DNA of 64,000 nt from NCBI GenBank assembly GCA_013359225.1, contig JABWCG010000003.1, forward strand, positions 48,783-112,782. Direction: 5' to 3'. The notes below the pieces were generated by a model. It was not told the origin of the DNA, searched no databases, and saw only the letters and a list, made by a program, of their open reading frames with translations. The stretch is from Candidatus Buchananbacteria bacterium (GTDB taxonomy: Bacteria > Patescibacteriota > Patescibacteriia > Buchananbacterales > UBA6539). Shown piece by piece: positions 26,851-36,713 of the stretch; positions within the stretch are counted from its first letter, which is position 1, and every line of letters starts with the position of its first letter. A program made the position numbers and the translations under genes.

Positions 26851-28029
26851 ATGAAAAAAGGAGTTTTAATCTCACTCTTTATCATTATTTTTTTAGTTAC
26901 CGCGTTTTTGTTTCGCACCAAAATCACACGACTATTTTTTAGTCCTAGCGCCCCACAGGGGGAGCTAGGGATAAACGTTTTTAACCTAGCCGCTAACCGC
27001 ACACCAGACACCAATCAAACACCAAACGCCAAACCAGGCGCTGACCAAGCAGTTACCGATATTGAAATTATCGCCAAAAATCTTTTGATCCCCTGGGAAA
27101 TTGGATTTCTGCCAACCGGCGAAATGCTTGTCACCGAACGAGCCGGCAACTTATTAAAAATCGGCGCCAATAAAACAGTTATTAAAATCCAGGGAGTTGA
27201 ACACGTTGGTGAAGGTGGCTTGCAAGGGATGGCACTACACCCCGATTTTAAAAATAATAATTTTATTTATTTGTACCTCACCACCCGCACTAAAGACGGC
27301 CTAATCAACCGGGTAGAACGATACCGGCTAACCGGCGACACCCTGACTGATAAAAAAATAATCATAGATAATATTCCAGGCGCCCAATACCATGACGGCG
27401 GCCGAATTGAATTCGGACCAGACAGCAAACTATATGTCACTACCGGCGACGCTACCAAATCTGACAAAGCCCAGGACCCGAATTTTTTAGGCGGTAAAAT
27501 CTTACGTCTGAATGACGATGGTTCTATTCCGTCCGATAACCCAAATCCGACATCGCTGATTTATTCTCTGGGCCATCGCAATCCGCAAGGATTAGCTTGG
27601 GATGAATCAGGACAACTCTGGGCCACTGAACATGGCCGCAGCGGCGCACTGTCGGGCTTAGACGAATTAAATATTATTGAACCAAATCAAAATTACGGCT
27701 GGCCCACCATTCAAGGTGATCAAACCAAACCAGGACTAACCACGCCGGTGGTTCACTCCGGCTCCGACGTCACCTGGGCTCCCGGCGACGCAATTTACCT
27801 TAACGGTTCAATCTTTTTTACCGGTTTGCGCGGAGAAGCAATCTACCAATACCAAATTGAAACAAAAAAATTCTTCACTCATTTCTATCGCGACTTTGGC
27901 CGGCTGCGCGCCATTGTCATCGGACCAGATGGCTTCATTTATGTTTCCACTTCTAACACTGACGGCCGCGGAGAAAGCAAAACTGAAGACGATAAAATCA
28001 TCGCAATCAACCCTGAAATTTTTAACTAA
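26851..28029 (+). CDS. PQQ-dependent soluble sugar (aldose) dehydrogenase family, beta-propeller
   Basis: 392 aa. Blocks GLAWDESGQLWATEHG, GHRNPQG and NYGWP are typical of the YliI/Sdh family. N-terminal signal anchor. Confidence 0.8.
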   Translation: MKKGVLISLFIIIFLVTAFLFRTKITRLFFSPSAPQGELGINVFNLAANRTPDTNQTPNAKPGADQAVTDIEIIAKNLLIPWEIGFLPTGEMLVTERAGNLLKIGANKTVIKIQGVEHVGEGGLQGMALHPDFKNNNFIYLYLTTRTKDGLINRVERYRLTGDTLTDKKIIIDNIPGAQYHDGGRIEFGPDSKLYVTTGDATKSDKAQDPNFLGGKILRLNDDGSIPSDNPNPTSLIYSLGHRNPQGLAWDESGQLWATEHGRSGALSGLDELNIIEPNQNYGWPTIQGDQTKPGLTTPVVHSGSDVTWAPGDAIYLNGSIFFTGLRGEAIYQYQIETKKFFTHFYRDFGRLRAIVIGPDGFIYVSTSNTDGRGESKTEDDKIIAINPEIFN

Positions 28030-28731
28030 ATGACTACCGTCAAAAAAATAATGATTAGCTGGCTAATGGTTAGCCTAATTTTTGTTGTTGTTTATAACAT
28101 GTTCATCAGTTTTGAATACACTATGATTTATTTTATAGTAGTGATCGGAATTTTTGGCCCGCTCCTTTATATCTTTAAATCATTATTGACAGACAGGCTG
28201 CAAAACTGGCCCGCTGCGGCCGTCATTAAATTTTTAACATTGGGTTATGGCGCAGTTTTAACTGAAGAAATTTTTGCCGCCCTAGTCAATCACTTATCGG
28301 AAGGCTTTAATACCGTCTTATACCTTCAACGCATCTTACAATTTTGGGCTTTTAATATTTTTGCTTTCAGTGGCCTGATTATGGGCTGGTATGTTTTAAC
28401 TAAAAAAATCCAATATTCTAAAACTGAAATATTTTTTCTCACCGGAGTATTTGGCCTTTGGACCGAACGAATCTTTCCTGTGGCACTAACTAATCCGATT
28501 GCCTTTTTCTTCTGGACACCTTTGGTAATTTTCGTGTACGGCATTATTATCACGCCGGCCATGCTCAGTATAAACACCAAGGGAGAAATCATAAGCTTCC
28601 ATCCGATTTTAAAATACGCTTTAACCTATGCCATCATTATACTTTTTTCGTTACCCCCAGTGATAGTCCTGTGGCTCCTGCGCCTATATTACCCTTGGTT
28701 ATTCCCACCAGCTGAGTTTATCCCACTTTAA
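28030..28731 (+). CDS. Hypothetical polytopic membrane protein
   Basis: 233 aa, about 6 hydrophobic helices. Translationally coupled to the dehydrogenase gene. Confidence 0.4.
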   Translation: MTTVKKIMISWLMVSLIFVVVYNMFISFEYTMIYFIVVIGIFGPLLYIFKSLLTDRLQNWPAAAVIKFLTLGYGAVLTEEIFAALVNHLSEGFNTVLYLQRILQFWAFNIFAFSGLIMGWYVLTKKIQYSKTEIFFLTGVFGLWTERIFPVALTNPIAFFFWTPLVIFVYGIIITPAMLSINTKGEIISFHPILKYALTYAIIILFSLPPVIVLWLLRLYYPWLFPPAEFIPL

Positions 28732-28776
28732 CAACAATCATGAAATAAATCGCCATTAAAAAGCGTACTAATCTAT

Positions 28777-29352
28777 ATGGCTGAACTACCAGATTTTGCG
28801 AATAAAACCGACCAGGAGCTGGTCAATTTGACCCTTGAAAATCAGGATCATTTTTTACATATTGTTAATCGCTATCAGCAAAAATTACTCTCGTTTATTC
28901 TACGAATTTCGAATGTCGCGCCCGACGAAGCTCATGACCTCCTCCAAGAGGTCTTTATTAAAGTGTATAAAAATCTCAACGGTTATGACCCAAGCCTAAA
29001 ATTTTCTTCCTGGATTTATCGTATTACCAGAAATCATGTTATCAGTAATTACCGAAAAATCAAAAATAAACCCCAGGTACTAAGCTGGGAAGTTGATGAG
29101 GAAAGCCTCAGCAGTCTTACGGCCGAAATTAATATTGAGAAATCAACTGACCAGGCATTGCTACGAGAACAGTTGGCCGAATCACTGGAAAAACTCAAGC
29201 CAAAATACCGTGAAGTTCTCATCTTGCGGTATTTTGAAGAAAAAAGTTATGATGAAATTTCTGACATCATTAAAAAACCGCGCGGCACGGTCGGCACCCT
29301 GATTAATCGGGCGAAAACCCAACTACAAGCAATCTATCAACCAAAAATATGA
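28777..29352 (+). CDS. ECF-type RNA polymerase sigma factor
   Basis: 191 aa. Region 2 (DEAHDLLQEVFIKVYKNLNGYDP, WIYRITRNHVISNYRK) and region 4 (LILRYFEEKSYDEISDIIKKPRGTVGTLINRAKTQL). Confidence 0.85.
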   Translation: MAELPDFANKTDQELVNLTLENQDHFLHIVNRYQQKLLSFILRISNVAPDEAHDLLQEVFIKVYKNLNGYDPSLKFSSWIYRITRNHVISNYRKIKNKPQVLSWEVDEESLSSLTAEINIEKSTDQALLREQLAESLEKLKPKYREVLILRYFEEKSYDEISDIIKKPRGTVGTLINRAKTQLQAIYQPKI

Positions 29353-30074
29353 ACCAAGATTTAGGAAAAAATATTTTAGAAAAAATTAAAGAAAGCCACA
29401 TTAAACCGACTCCGCGGTGGGAATTTTTACTCAAAGATTATGTGATGTGGATCATTTTTATCATTGCTATTTTAGTTGGTAGCTTAGCCACTTCAGTTAC
29501 CATCTTCATGCTCCGCCACGAGAATTGGGATTACTATCAAGCTCAGCCAAGCGCCATAACCACCATTCTAATTAATCTGCCATACTTTTGGTTACTTATC
29601 CTGTTAGCATTTCTCGGACTGGCCTGGTACAACATCAAACACACTAATAAAGGCTACCGATATAATACGCTGGCAGTGCTTGGCATTAGCGTTATTGCCA
29701 GTATTCTGATTGGTAGCGTGTCATACAGCGTTGGTCTTGGTGAAGACTTAGAAGACATTTTCTATAAACGATTTCCTTTTTACCACCACTTTATGGAAAA
29801 TCGCGCCAGACAGCTGTTTAGTCCCGCCGGTCCAATTTTGGGCGGTGTAGTGGTTAATGTTAATAGTAGTCAAGTTGAAATTCAGGACTTCAATGGCCGG
29901 TTATGGATTATCAGCACTTCAACTACCCAATTTGACATTGGTGACCGAATTATCCTGGTCGGAAAAAAATTCGAAGGCGACACGTTTGAAATTGAAATTT
30001 TAAAACCTTGGTTCAAACAACATAATCGTTTAATTGAATTTCATCTGCAAGCACCGCCGCCAAGGACGCGGTAG
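29349..30074 (+). CDS. Putative cognate anti-sigma factor / membrane protein
   Basis: 241 aa. Overlaps the sigma gene stop by 4 nt. Cytoplasmic N-terminus followed by several TM helices. Confidence 0.4.
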   Translation: MNQDLGKNILEKIKESHIKPTPRWEFLLKDYVMWIIFIIAILVGSLATSVTIFMLRHENWDYYQAQPSAITTILINLPYFWLLILLAFLGLAWYNIKHTNKGYRYNTLAVLGISVIASILIGSVSYSVGLGEDLEDIFYKRFPFYHHFMENRARQLFSPAGPILGGVVVNVNSSQVEIQDFNGRLWIISTSTTQFDIGDRIILVGKKFEGDTFEIEILKPWFKQHNRLIEFHLQAPPPRTR

Positions 30075-30198
30075 TGATGAAATAAAATTTAATACTGGGC
30101 GTATTACCTGATGTGCGAGGCAATTTGGCCAGCCGAGAACAGCATCGATGCGCGGTCACGTCAAATTCCAATGATCTAATTCATAACCTCAATCATCT

Positions 30199-30624
30199 AT
30201 GCCCAAAACCCACTACCTTATAGCGGCCATGCTCGGTTTGATTATTACTACAGCCGTTGTAGGTATTACAACTTTCGCCCAGACTACCACAACTACTGAT
30301 TCACGGCCAAACTTCATTGAACACCGTCAGGAATTCAAACAAATGATTATTGACGGCGACTATGAAACCTGGTCGGAAATGATGAAGGAACGAGTTACTG
30401 AGCTTAGAACCCAAGCCGACAAACTGGAAAGTAGCATCAATCAAGAAACTTTCAACAAATTAACTGAAGCCCACCAGTTAATGCAGGAAGAAAAGTTTGA
30501 TGAAGCTAAAGCAATCTTTGACGAACTCGGCATGCCTGGACCATTTGGCCCACACGGCATGAGGGGGATGAAAGGAATGCATAATAACCAGCGGCCGAGC
30601 TTACCGACTGAAGCTCAAAACTAA
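30199..30624 (+). CDS. Hypothetical secreted / membrane-anchored helical protein
   Basis: 141 aa. N-terminal hydrophobic anchor, Thr-rich linker, helical charged domain. Confidence 0.4.
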   Translation: MPKTHYLIAAMLGLIITTAVVGITTFAQTTTTTDSRPNFIEHRQEFKQMIIDGDYETWSEMMKERVTELRTQADKLESSINQETFNKLTEAHQLMQEEKFDEAKAIFDELGMPGPFGPHGMRGMKGMHNNQRPSLPTEAQN

Positions 30625-30635
30625 GAATTAAATTA

Positions 30636-30665
30636 CAAAAAATCGCCTAAAAGGCGATTTTTTGT
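30636..30665. terminator. Rho-independent terminator
   Basis: aaaaaatcgcctaaaaggcgattttttg. Confidence 0.7.
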
Positions 30666-30679
30666 TATACTGGCAGTAT

Positions 30680-31120
30680 ATGAAAATTAAACTATTAATT
30701 GCCAGCATCCTGTCCGGTTTTTTCATTACCGGCTGTCTAACAAATACAGATATCAACCCGCCGACCGGAAACAATAATCAAAATCAACCGGCAGTTTTTG
30801 ATTTTGACAGCTGCGTGGCGGCCGGAAACCCCATTCTTAAAAGTAAGCCAGCCCAGTGTCGCCATAACGGCATTACCTACGTTGAAAATCTGCCAACGAC
30901 ACCATCAACTGACCGAATTAAATGCCAAGATGCTCAACGAGAAGCTGAAGTGTGTGCTGAAATCTACCAACCAGTATGCGCCAAAGTTAATGTTCAGTGC
31001 ATTAAAGCGCCGTGTCCACCAATTGACCAAACGTTCTCAAGTGCTTGCCACGCCTGCCGAAATTCATTAGTTGAAAGCTATGTGGAAGGCGAGTGCCCAT
31101 CACCAAGCAACGTTGATTAA
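30680..31120 (+). CDS. Cys-rich lipoprotein with a Kazal-type protease-inhibitor-like domain
   Basis: Start taken at MKIKLL. Lipobox FITGC. The C-terminal CAEIYQPVCAKVNVQCIKAPCPPIDQTFSSACHACRNSLVESYVEGEC fits the Kazal pattern C-x(n)-P-V-C-x(n)-C-x(n)-C-x-x-C. Confidence 0.5.
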   Translation: MKIKLLIASILSGFFITGCLTNTDINPPTGNNNQNQPAVFDFDSCVAAGNPILKSKPAQCRHNGITYVENLPTTPSTDRIKCQDAQREAEVCAEIYQPVCAKVNVQCIKAPCPPIDQTFSSACHACRNSLVESYVEGECPSPSNVD

Positions 31121-31122
31121 TT

Positions 31123-32121
31123 ATGAAAATATTTGCCATCGAAAGTTCGTGTGACGAAACCGCCGCCGCCGTTGTTGAAACGAAAGGCGGTCGCTTTAAT
31201 ATTTTGGCAAACACGATTGTTTCACAAATTGATATTCACCGCCAGTACGGCGGCGTAGTGCCAGAAGTTGCCGCCCGTCACCATATTCAAAACATCATAC
31301 CGGTACTTGAACAAACCCTTGATCAGGCCAAGCTCACACCGAATAAACTTGATCGCTTGGCGGTAACAGTCGGGCCCGGCTTAATTACGTCGCTTATAGT
31401 CGGCATTGAAACCGCCAAGACTCTTTCGTACGTCTGGAAAAAACCAATTGTACCGGTTAACCACATGAAGGCTCATTTGTACGCCAACTGGAGCCACAAT
31501 CAAAAAATTAATTTTCCGGCCATCACCCTAATTGTTTCCGGCGGACATACTGAAATTATTTTACAAACCAGCCCAACTCACCTGAAAAAAATCGGCGCCA
31601 CTATCGACGACGCGGCCGGCGAGGCATTCGACAAGGTCGCACAGCTATTGGGGCTAGGGTATCCGGGCGGACCAGCGATTTCCAAACTTGCCAAAACCGG
31701 AAGCCGAAACGCTTATCCATTCCCACGACCAATGTTAAAAGAAAATAATTTCAACTTCAGCTTCTCAGGACTTAAAACAGCGGTGCTATATACAACTCAA
31801 AAAATAAAAAAAATCACCCCTGCCGTTACCGCCGACATCGCCGCTTCATTTGAACAGGCCGCAGTTGATATTTTGGTTGAAAAAACAATTCGCGCCGCCC
31901 AAACCCACCACGCCAAAACAATTATGCTATCAGGTGGCGTTGCGGCTAATGGACTGTTGCGGCAAACGCTTGCAACAAAAGCTAAAAATCTAAAGATAAA
32001 ATTTTTAACGCCCGACATTCATCTTTGCACGGACAATGCCGCCATGATTGCTATTGCCGCCGCCTTTGACAAACCTTCGCCGTGGCATACACTAAAAGTA
32101 AACCCTAACCTTGATATTTAA
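31123..32121 (+). CDS. tsaD: tRNA N6-adenosine threonylcarbamoyltransferase TsaD (Kae1/Gcp)
   Basis: 332 aa. MKIFAIESSCDETAAAVV start and conserved His/ASKHSE-fold blocks. Confidence 0.92.
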   Translation: MKIFAIESSCDETAAAVVETKGGRFNILANTIVSQIDIHRQYGGVVPEVAARHHIQNIIPVLEQTLDQAKLTPNKLDRLAVTVGPGLITSLIVGIETAKTLSYVWKKPIVPVNHMKAHLYANWSHNQKINFPAITLIVSGGHTEIILQTSPTHLKKIGATIDDAAGEAFDKVAQLLGLGYPGGPAISKLAKTGSRNAYPFPRPMLKENNFNFSFSGLKTAVLYTTQKIKKITPAVTADIAASFEQAAVDILVEKTIRAAQTHHAKTIMLSGGVAANGLLRQTLATKAKNLKIKFLTPDIHLCTDNAAMIAIAAAFDKPSPWHTLKVNPNLDI

Positions 32122-32124
32122 ACG

Positions 32125-32565
32125 ATGATAAAGAAAATATTTACCACCAAGTCCGAACACCAAACCCACACCCTTGGCATTAAACTGGCTAAAACCTTGC
32201 AAGGCGGGGACGTATTAGCATTAACCGGCAATCTTGGTGCCGGTAAAACTGTTTTAACCAAGGGTATCGCCAAAGGATTAGGCATTACGTCCATTGTTAA
32301 CAGTCCGACTTTTATTTTGATGCGCGTCTATCCAATAAAAAACAAAACAATTAAACAGCTAGTACACATTGATTGCTACCGTTTACAAAGTGAGGAACAA
32401 CTAAGAGAGATTGGTGCTACAGAATATTTTAACCGACCCGACACTGTCACCGTGATTGAATGGGCGGAAAAAATTAAACAACATCTCCCTAAACAAATTA
32501 TAAAAATTACGGTAGAATTACTACACGAGGACCAAAGAAAAATAACCATCACCACCCATGGTTGA
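32125..32565 (+). CDS. tsaE: tRNA threonylcarbamoyladenosine biosynthesis protein TsaE (YjeE ATPase)
   Basis: 146 aa. P-loop GNLGAGKT, SPTF motif. Confidence 0.85.
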   Translation: MIKKIFTTKSEHQTHTLGIKLAKTLQGGDVLALTGNLGAGKTVLTKGIAKGLGITSIVNSPTFILMRVYPIKNKTIKQLVHIDCYRLQSEEQLREIGATEYFNRPDTVTVIEWAEKIKQHLPKQIIKITVELLHEDQRKITITTHG

Positions 32566-33679
32566 ATATTGGCGCAACCCCGCCGAACAACTTACCACCC
32601 CTGAACGTCCGCTGCCGGATCGTTTTTATAAATTAATGGAACATATTAATAAAACACGAAAACCGCGGCTAATGGAAATCAGTCAAAGCCGAGTCAGTCC
32701 CAATGAAGCTGCCAGTGACCGTAATACCGTTCGTGAAAAAAAAGCTCGTCAGTTTGGTGACGAAACCGAGTATGCCAATTTTTTTGAAACCGCGCTGCCG
32801 GAAGTCAATAATTACGACTGGTTTGGCGAAAATGTCGTTATCCTAGACCGCGGCCATGGTGATGCCGCCGACTATAACGACTTAGCCGTTGGTACTGATT
32901 TAACTTTAGAGATGGAATCACCAGACGGACATGATCCGATTGCTTTGCGAATTGACGTCACAAAAACTAAAAATTTAGACGGACTTGAACGAAAAACTCA
33001 AAACACTCTGCATGAAATTGAAAATGGCCGATTTAGCCGAACTTATTTTCAATCCTACTACCAAGAAGGCCCACTACAAAAAATTAATACCGCGCCAAGC
33101 ATTGTTTTGCACCTTACCGAAAATCAACTAGATGAATTAGGAAGCGAGCTTTATACTGCCAGACTTGATAACGACCCCGAAAAAAGAAAAAAGGCAATTA
33201 CCGGCCTGGAGGGAAGCCCACTTCAACTAAACTTAATTGACCAAGCACGAGGCCAGCTGGAAAACCAAGCGCTGTATGCCTTGGCATTATTTCTGGAAGA
33301 AGTAAACAATCGCTGGCAGCGATTTAATTTGAATAACGATCAAAAAGCCGAACTGGCTGACATATACGACCAGGTTAAGACTGCACATGCCCTCCAACAC
33401 ACTGGCCAAGAAGTAACTCGGCTTATTGAACAGGTCACAAAAAATAAAACATTGCAGCGGTTACCTCGCTATCACGAGACAATTCGCTTATTAAACGGCA
33501 TTAGCCCCTGGCTAAACCATTTTGAAAATTTAGAACAACAAAAAATCGGCCAGCTGTCTGATAACACCAAGCAGCAGGCCGAGGCTAATGCGAGTTTGAG
33601 CGAGGCTCATCGCCTGCTCGTTGGTCGGCCGAGCCAGATTCATTCTGCTCTGCCGCAGCGGTTTGGTGTGGCGGCTTAA
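32558..33679 (+). CDS. Hypothetical cytoplasmic protein (no recognised domain), coupled to tsaE
   Basis: 373 aa. No TM helices and no motif I can assign. Its start overlaps the tsaE stop. Confidence 0.5.
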   Translation: MVEYWRNPAEQLTTPERPLPDRFYKLMEHINKTRKPRLMEISQSRVSPNEAASDRNTVREKKARQFGDETEYANFFETALPEVNNYDWFGENVVILDRGHGDAADYNDLAVGTDLTLEMESPDGHDPIALRIDVTKTKNLDGLERKTQNTLHEIENGRFSRTYFQSYYQEGPLQKINTAPSIVLHLTENQLDELGSELYTARLDNDPEKRKKAITGLEGSPLQLNLIDQARGQLENQALYALALFLEEVNNRWQRFNLNNDQKAELADIYDQVKTAHALQHTGQEVTRLIEQVTKNKTLQRLPRYHETIRLLNGISPWLNHFENLEQQKIGQLSDNTKQQAEANASLSEAHRLLVGRPSQIHSALPQRFGVAA

Positions 33680-33865
33680 ATCCGCCGAGAAAACCACCGC
33701 TTTGTTGAATGCGGTCAAGCACGTCACCCGTCTTCTCATGAATGATTTGCGAAACCGGATCCGTCGAAATGACCGGACCTTTCTTCTCTTGCGTCGTGCA
33801 CAAATCTCTACCCTCCTTAACGTAGTTTGCGCCAAGAAACACCTTACTCGCAGCGAGCCCATACT

Positions 33866-33905
33866 AACAAAAAAACCGCCTCTTGTCAATAAAGGGCGGA
33901 TTTTT
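33866..33905. terminator. Bidirectional terminator between convergent genes
   Basis: aaaaaaaccgcc...ggcggattttt: short GC stem with A/T runs on both sides. Confidence 0.5.
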
Positions 33906-33915
33906 AAACTAATTT

Positions 33916-35658
33916 TTAAAGCTCGTCGTCACTGATATCCTTAGCCACACGAAACACTTCATCGGCCGTGGTGATACCGTCAGCCGCTTTCAATAAACCG
34001 TCTTGAATCATCGTGATCATACCGTGCTTAACGGCAATTGAACGCATATCATACTCAGACACATGGCCAGTTAAAATCAAATTTTCTACTTCTTTATTCA
34101 TTGTCATGACTTCAAAGATACCAACCCGACCCTTATACCCAAGGCCCTGACACTCCTCACAGCCGCCGCCTTTATAAAACTTTAACCGCTTAAGCTCTGC
34201 TTCTGGTACTCGAAAACCAGACTCTTCAGGAATTTTTGATAAAATTGCCATCACCCGCGACATGGTTTTATTATCAAGCTCGGCTGGTTTTTTACAGTAC
34301 TGGCAAATTTTTCGTACCAAACGTTGACCAATCATCGCATTAATCGCCGGGGCCAACAAAAATGGTTTAACCTGCATTGACAGCAAACGGGGAATGGTTC
34401 CGGCAGCGTCGTTTGTGTGCAATGTGGTAATCACCAAATGACCAGTCAACGCGGCATTAATTGCAATCTCAGCTGTTTCAAGATCACGAACTTCACCAAC
34501 CATAACGATATCCGGATCCTGTCGCAAAATAGAGCGCAGGCCGTTGGCGAAAGTGTAGTTCTTACTATGATCAACCTGACTTTGATTAACGCCGTCAAGT
34601 TTGTATTCAACCGGGTCTTCAATGGTGATAATTTTAGTTCCCGGATCATTTAGCTTATTTAGCACTGCATACAAAGTAGTAGTTTTTCCTGAACCGGTCG
34701 GACCAGTCGTGACAATCATGCCATTTGGTTTTTCAATTTCGCCCCGCAACGCCTCAAAAGCGCGGCCGCGCAAACCTAAATCTTCAAACGCCATGCCGGC
34801 CGCCGACGACATCAATAAACGCATCACAACGCTTTCACCATACGCCGTTGGCAAAGTTGACACACGAACGTCAATCTTTTCTTTAGTCATAAAAATGGTA
34901 AAACGTCCGTCCTGAGGGCGGTCTTCAATATTAATCTTTAATCGCGAAACTAATTTAATGCGACTGACAACCTGCGGCCAAACTTTATGTTCAAGCTCAG
35001 CAACATCATGCAACAAACCGTCGATACGAAATCGAACCTTGACTCCTTTTTCTTCAGCCTCAATGTGAATATCCGAAGATCTAGCCTTAATAGCGGCCGC
35101 CATAATTAACGTTACCATGTCGGTAATTGAAACTTCGCTTAATTCCTTGTTTAAATCCTGAAATGTTCTAATCTCTTTTTCATACTTACGAATATCGTCT
35201 TCAGCAATTTCAACGCCACTGACAAACTTACGAACTTTGGGAATTGATTGGTACAAACGAAACGCAAAATCAAAACTGTTTTGTGAAATTAAATAAATTT
35301 TTACGTCCGCATGATTTTCTTTGGCCAATACTTTGGTTAGCTCCGTCAACCGAGGGTCTTCGGGATTAACCGCCCCAATCCTAATATCATTTGAACCCCG
35401 AAAAAAACAAATAGCTTTTAGTTCCTGGGAATCTTTTTCTGAAAATAAAATCAAAGTTTCCGGACTAATTGGAAAACCCTTTAAATCGATATATTGAAAG
35501 CCCATCATCGCAGCCCTGGTTTGCGCTTCACGCTCTTTTTCCTTGGCGCCGATATTCTTCATTTTCTCGCTGAATTTTTCCGACACCTCTTCACTGGCAA
35601 TCTGCGGCCGACTGACTGATGAAACGTTTTTGATTGGATTATTCTTATCACTCATCAT
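33916..35658 (-). CDS. pilB: Type IV pilus assembly ATPase PilB (GspE family)
   Basis: 580 aa. N-terminal GSPII_E_N domain, Walker A GPTGSGKTTT, Asp and His boxes, and a C-terminal tetracysteine motif (CEEC...). Confidence 0.9.
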   Translation of the reverse strand: MMSDKNNPIKNVSSVSRPQIASEEVSEKFSEKMKNIGAKEKEREAQTRAAMMGFQYIDLKGFPISPETLILFSEKDSQELKAICFFRGSNDIRIGAVNPEDPRLTELTKVLAKENHADVKIYLISQNSFDFAFRLYQSIPKVRKFVSGVEIAEDDIRKYEKEIRTFQDLNKELSEVSITDMVTLIMAAAIKARSSDIHIEAEEKGVKVRFRIDGLLHDVAELEHKVWPQVVSRIKLVSRLKINIEDRPQDGRFTIFMTKEKIDVRVSTLPTAYGESVVMRLLMSSAAGMAFEDLGLRGRAFEALRGEIEKPNGMIVTTGPTGSGKTTTLYAVLNKLNDPGTKIITIEDPVEYKLDGVNQSQVDHSKNYTFANGLRSILRQDPDIVMVGEVRDLETAEIAINAALTGHLVITTLHTNDAAGTIPRLLSMQVKPFLLAPAINAMIGQRLVRKICQYCKKPAELDNKTMSRVMAILSKIPEESGFRVPEAELKRLKFYKGGGCEECQGLGYKGRVGIFEVMTMNKEVENLILTGHVSEYDMRSIAVKHGMITMIQDGLLKAADGITTADEVFRVAKDISDDEL

Positions 35659-35738
35659 ACGTGTTTATTATAACAAACTAAGCCTAAAAACAAAAACGCC
35701 CCCGAAAAATTGGGGGCGTTAAATATGTACGAAAGACG

Positions 35739-36683
35739 TTATCGACGCAAAGCTTGCCAGCCGCTTATCAACCGGCTCGCTAAAAGATTTTTCTTGCTTG
35801 AGATAATCTCAAAAATTATTGCCCAAGTGGCCCAGGAAAAAACAGTCAAAGCAATTTGCAAGACGACAAACACCACAAACAAAAAAGTAGTCAATAAAAT
35901 CAATCCAAATAACCAGCCGCTATATAACCTGAAGATATAGAAAAAGGCAAAAAATCCCAGAATACCAATAATCGTATTGACTACCCAAGTGACCAAAAAC
36001 AGAATAATTGAAATTTCCATCGTCATCAGCCAATTAGTTTTGAACAGTTTCCAAGCAAATGACAACGACTCGCCAAAACTCTTATCTTTCAAAACCACGG
36101 CGCAGATGGCATAACGAGAAATAAATGAACTCATTAAAACCAAAATCATTCCCGCATTAAACACCACAATAAACACATATAACGACAGGACAAAGCGCTG
36201 CAGTGCCATAACACCAATAATACTGATGGTTAACCAGACAACTATCTTTAAAACCACGTTCAAGCCCAAAATAGGCCAAAATTTACTCACCCCTAGTCCG
36301 AAACTTTCACCCCATGTTAACGGGTGCTTGCGGGTAATCGCAATGCTTTGTCCAATCACTGCTGTCTGTGAGATTACTACCAGCCACGTGATGAATACGG
36401 TCATGCCCAAAACAATCAAGCCGGCCAATACCGCCATGACGACAAACGCTGGCGATTGGACAAATAAAGCAGTCAAACCACGAAGTCCGCCGCCGCTAAA
36501 TAATCCGCCGGCCGCAGCATTTTGCCAAAATGAAAGCCAGCCTGAATTAGCATAGCTTGAAAAGAAAACTTCTGCTTCACCAGAAGTGCCTAATAAAGCG
36601 GCCATCAAGCCAAAAAACCAAATCGCCGGATATTTGAAGGCGACCTTGGCTGCTTGCTTAAATATTTCGCGGTAGTGATACAT
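35739..36683 (-). CDS. Hypothetical polytopic membrane protein
   Basis: 314 aa, about 7 TM helices. No confident family assignment. Confidence 0.5.
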   Translation of the reverse strand: MYHYREIFKQAAKVAFKYPAIWFFGLMAALLGTSGEAEVFFSSYANSGWLSFWQNAAAGGLFSGGGLRGLTALFVQSPAFVVMAVLAGLIVLGMTVFITWLVVISQTAVIGQSIAITRKHPLTWGESFGLGVSKFWPILGLNVVLKIVVWLTISIIGVMALQRFVLSLYVFIVVFNAGMILVLMSSFISRYAICAVVLKDKSFGESLSFAWKLFKTNWLMTMEISIILFLVTWVVNTIIGILGFFAFFYIFRLYSGWLFGLILLTTFLFVVFVVLQIALTVFSWATWAIIFEIISSKKNLLASRLISGWQALRR

Positions 36684-36713
36684 ACGTCGTTTTGTTTAAT
36701 TGATCAATTTATT

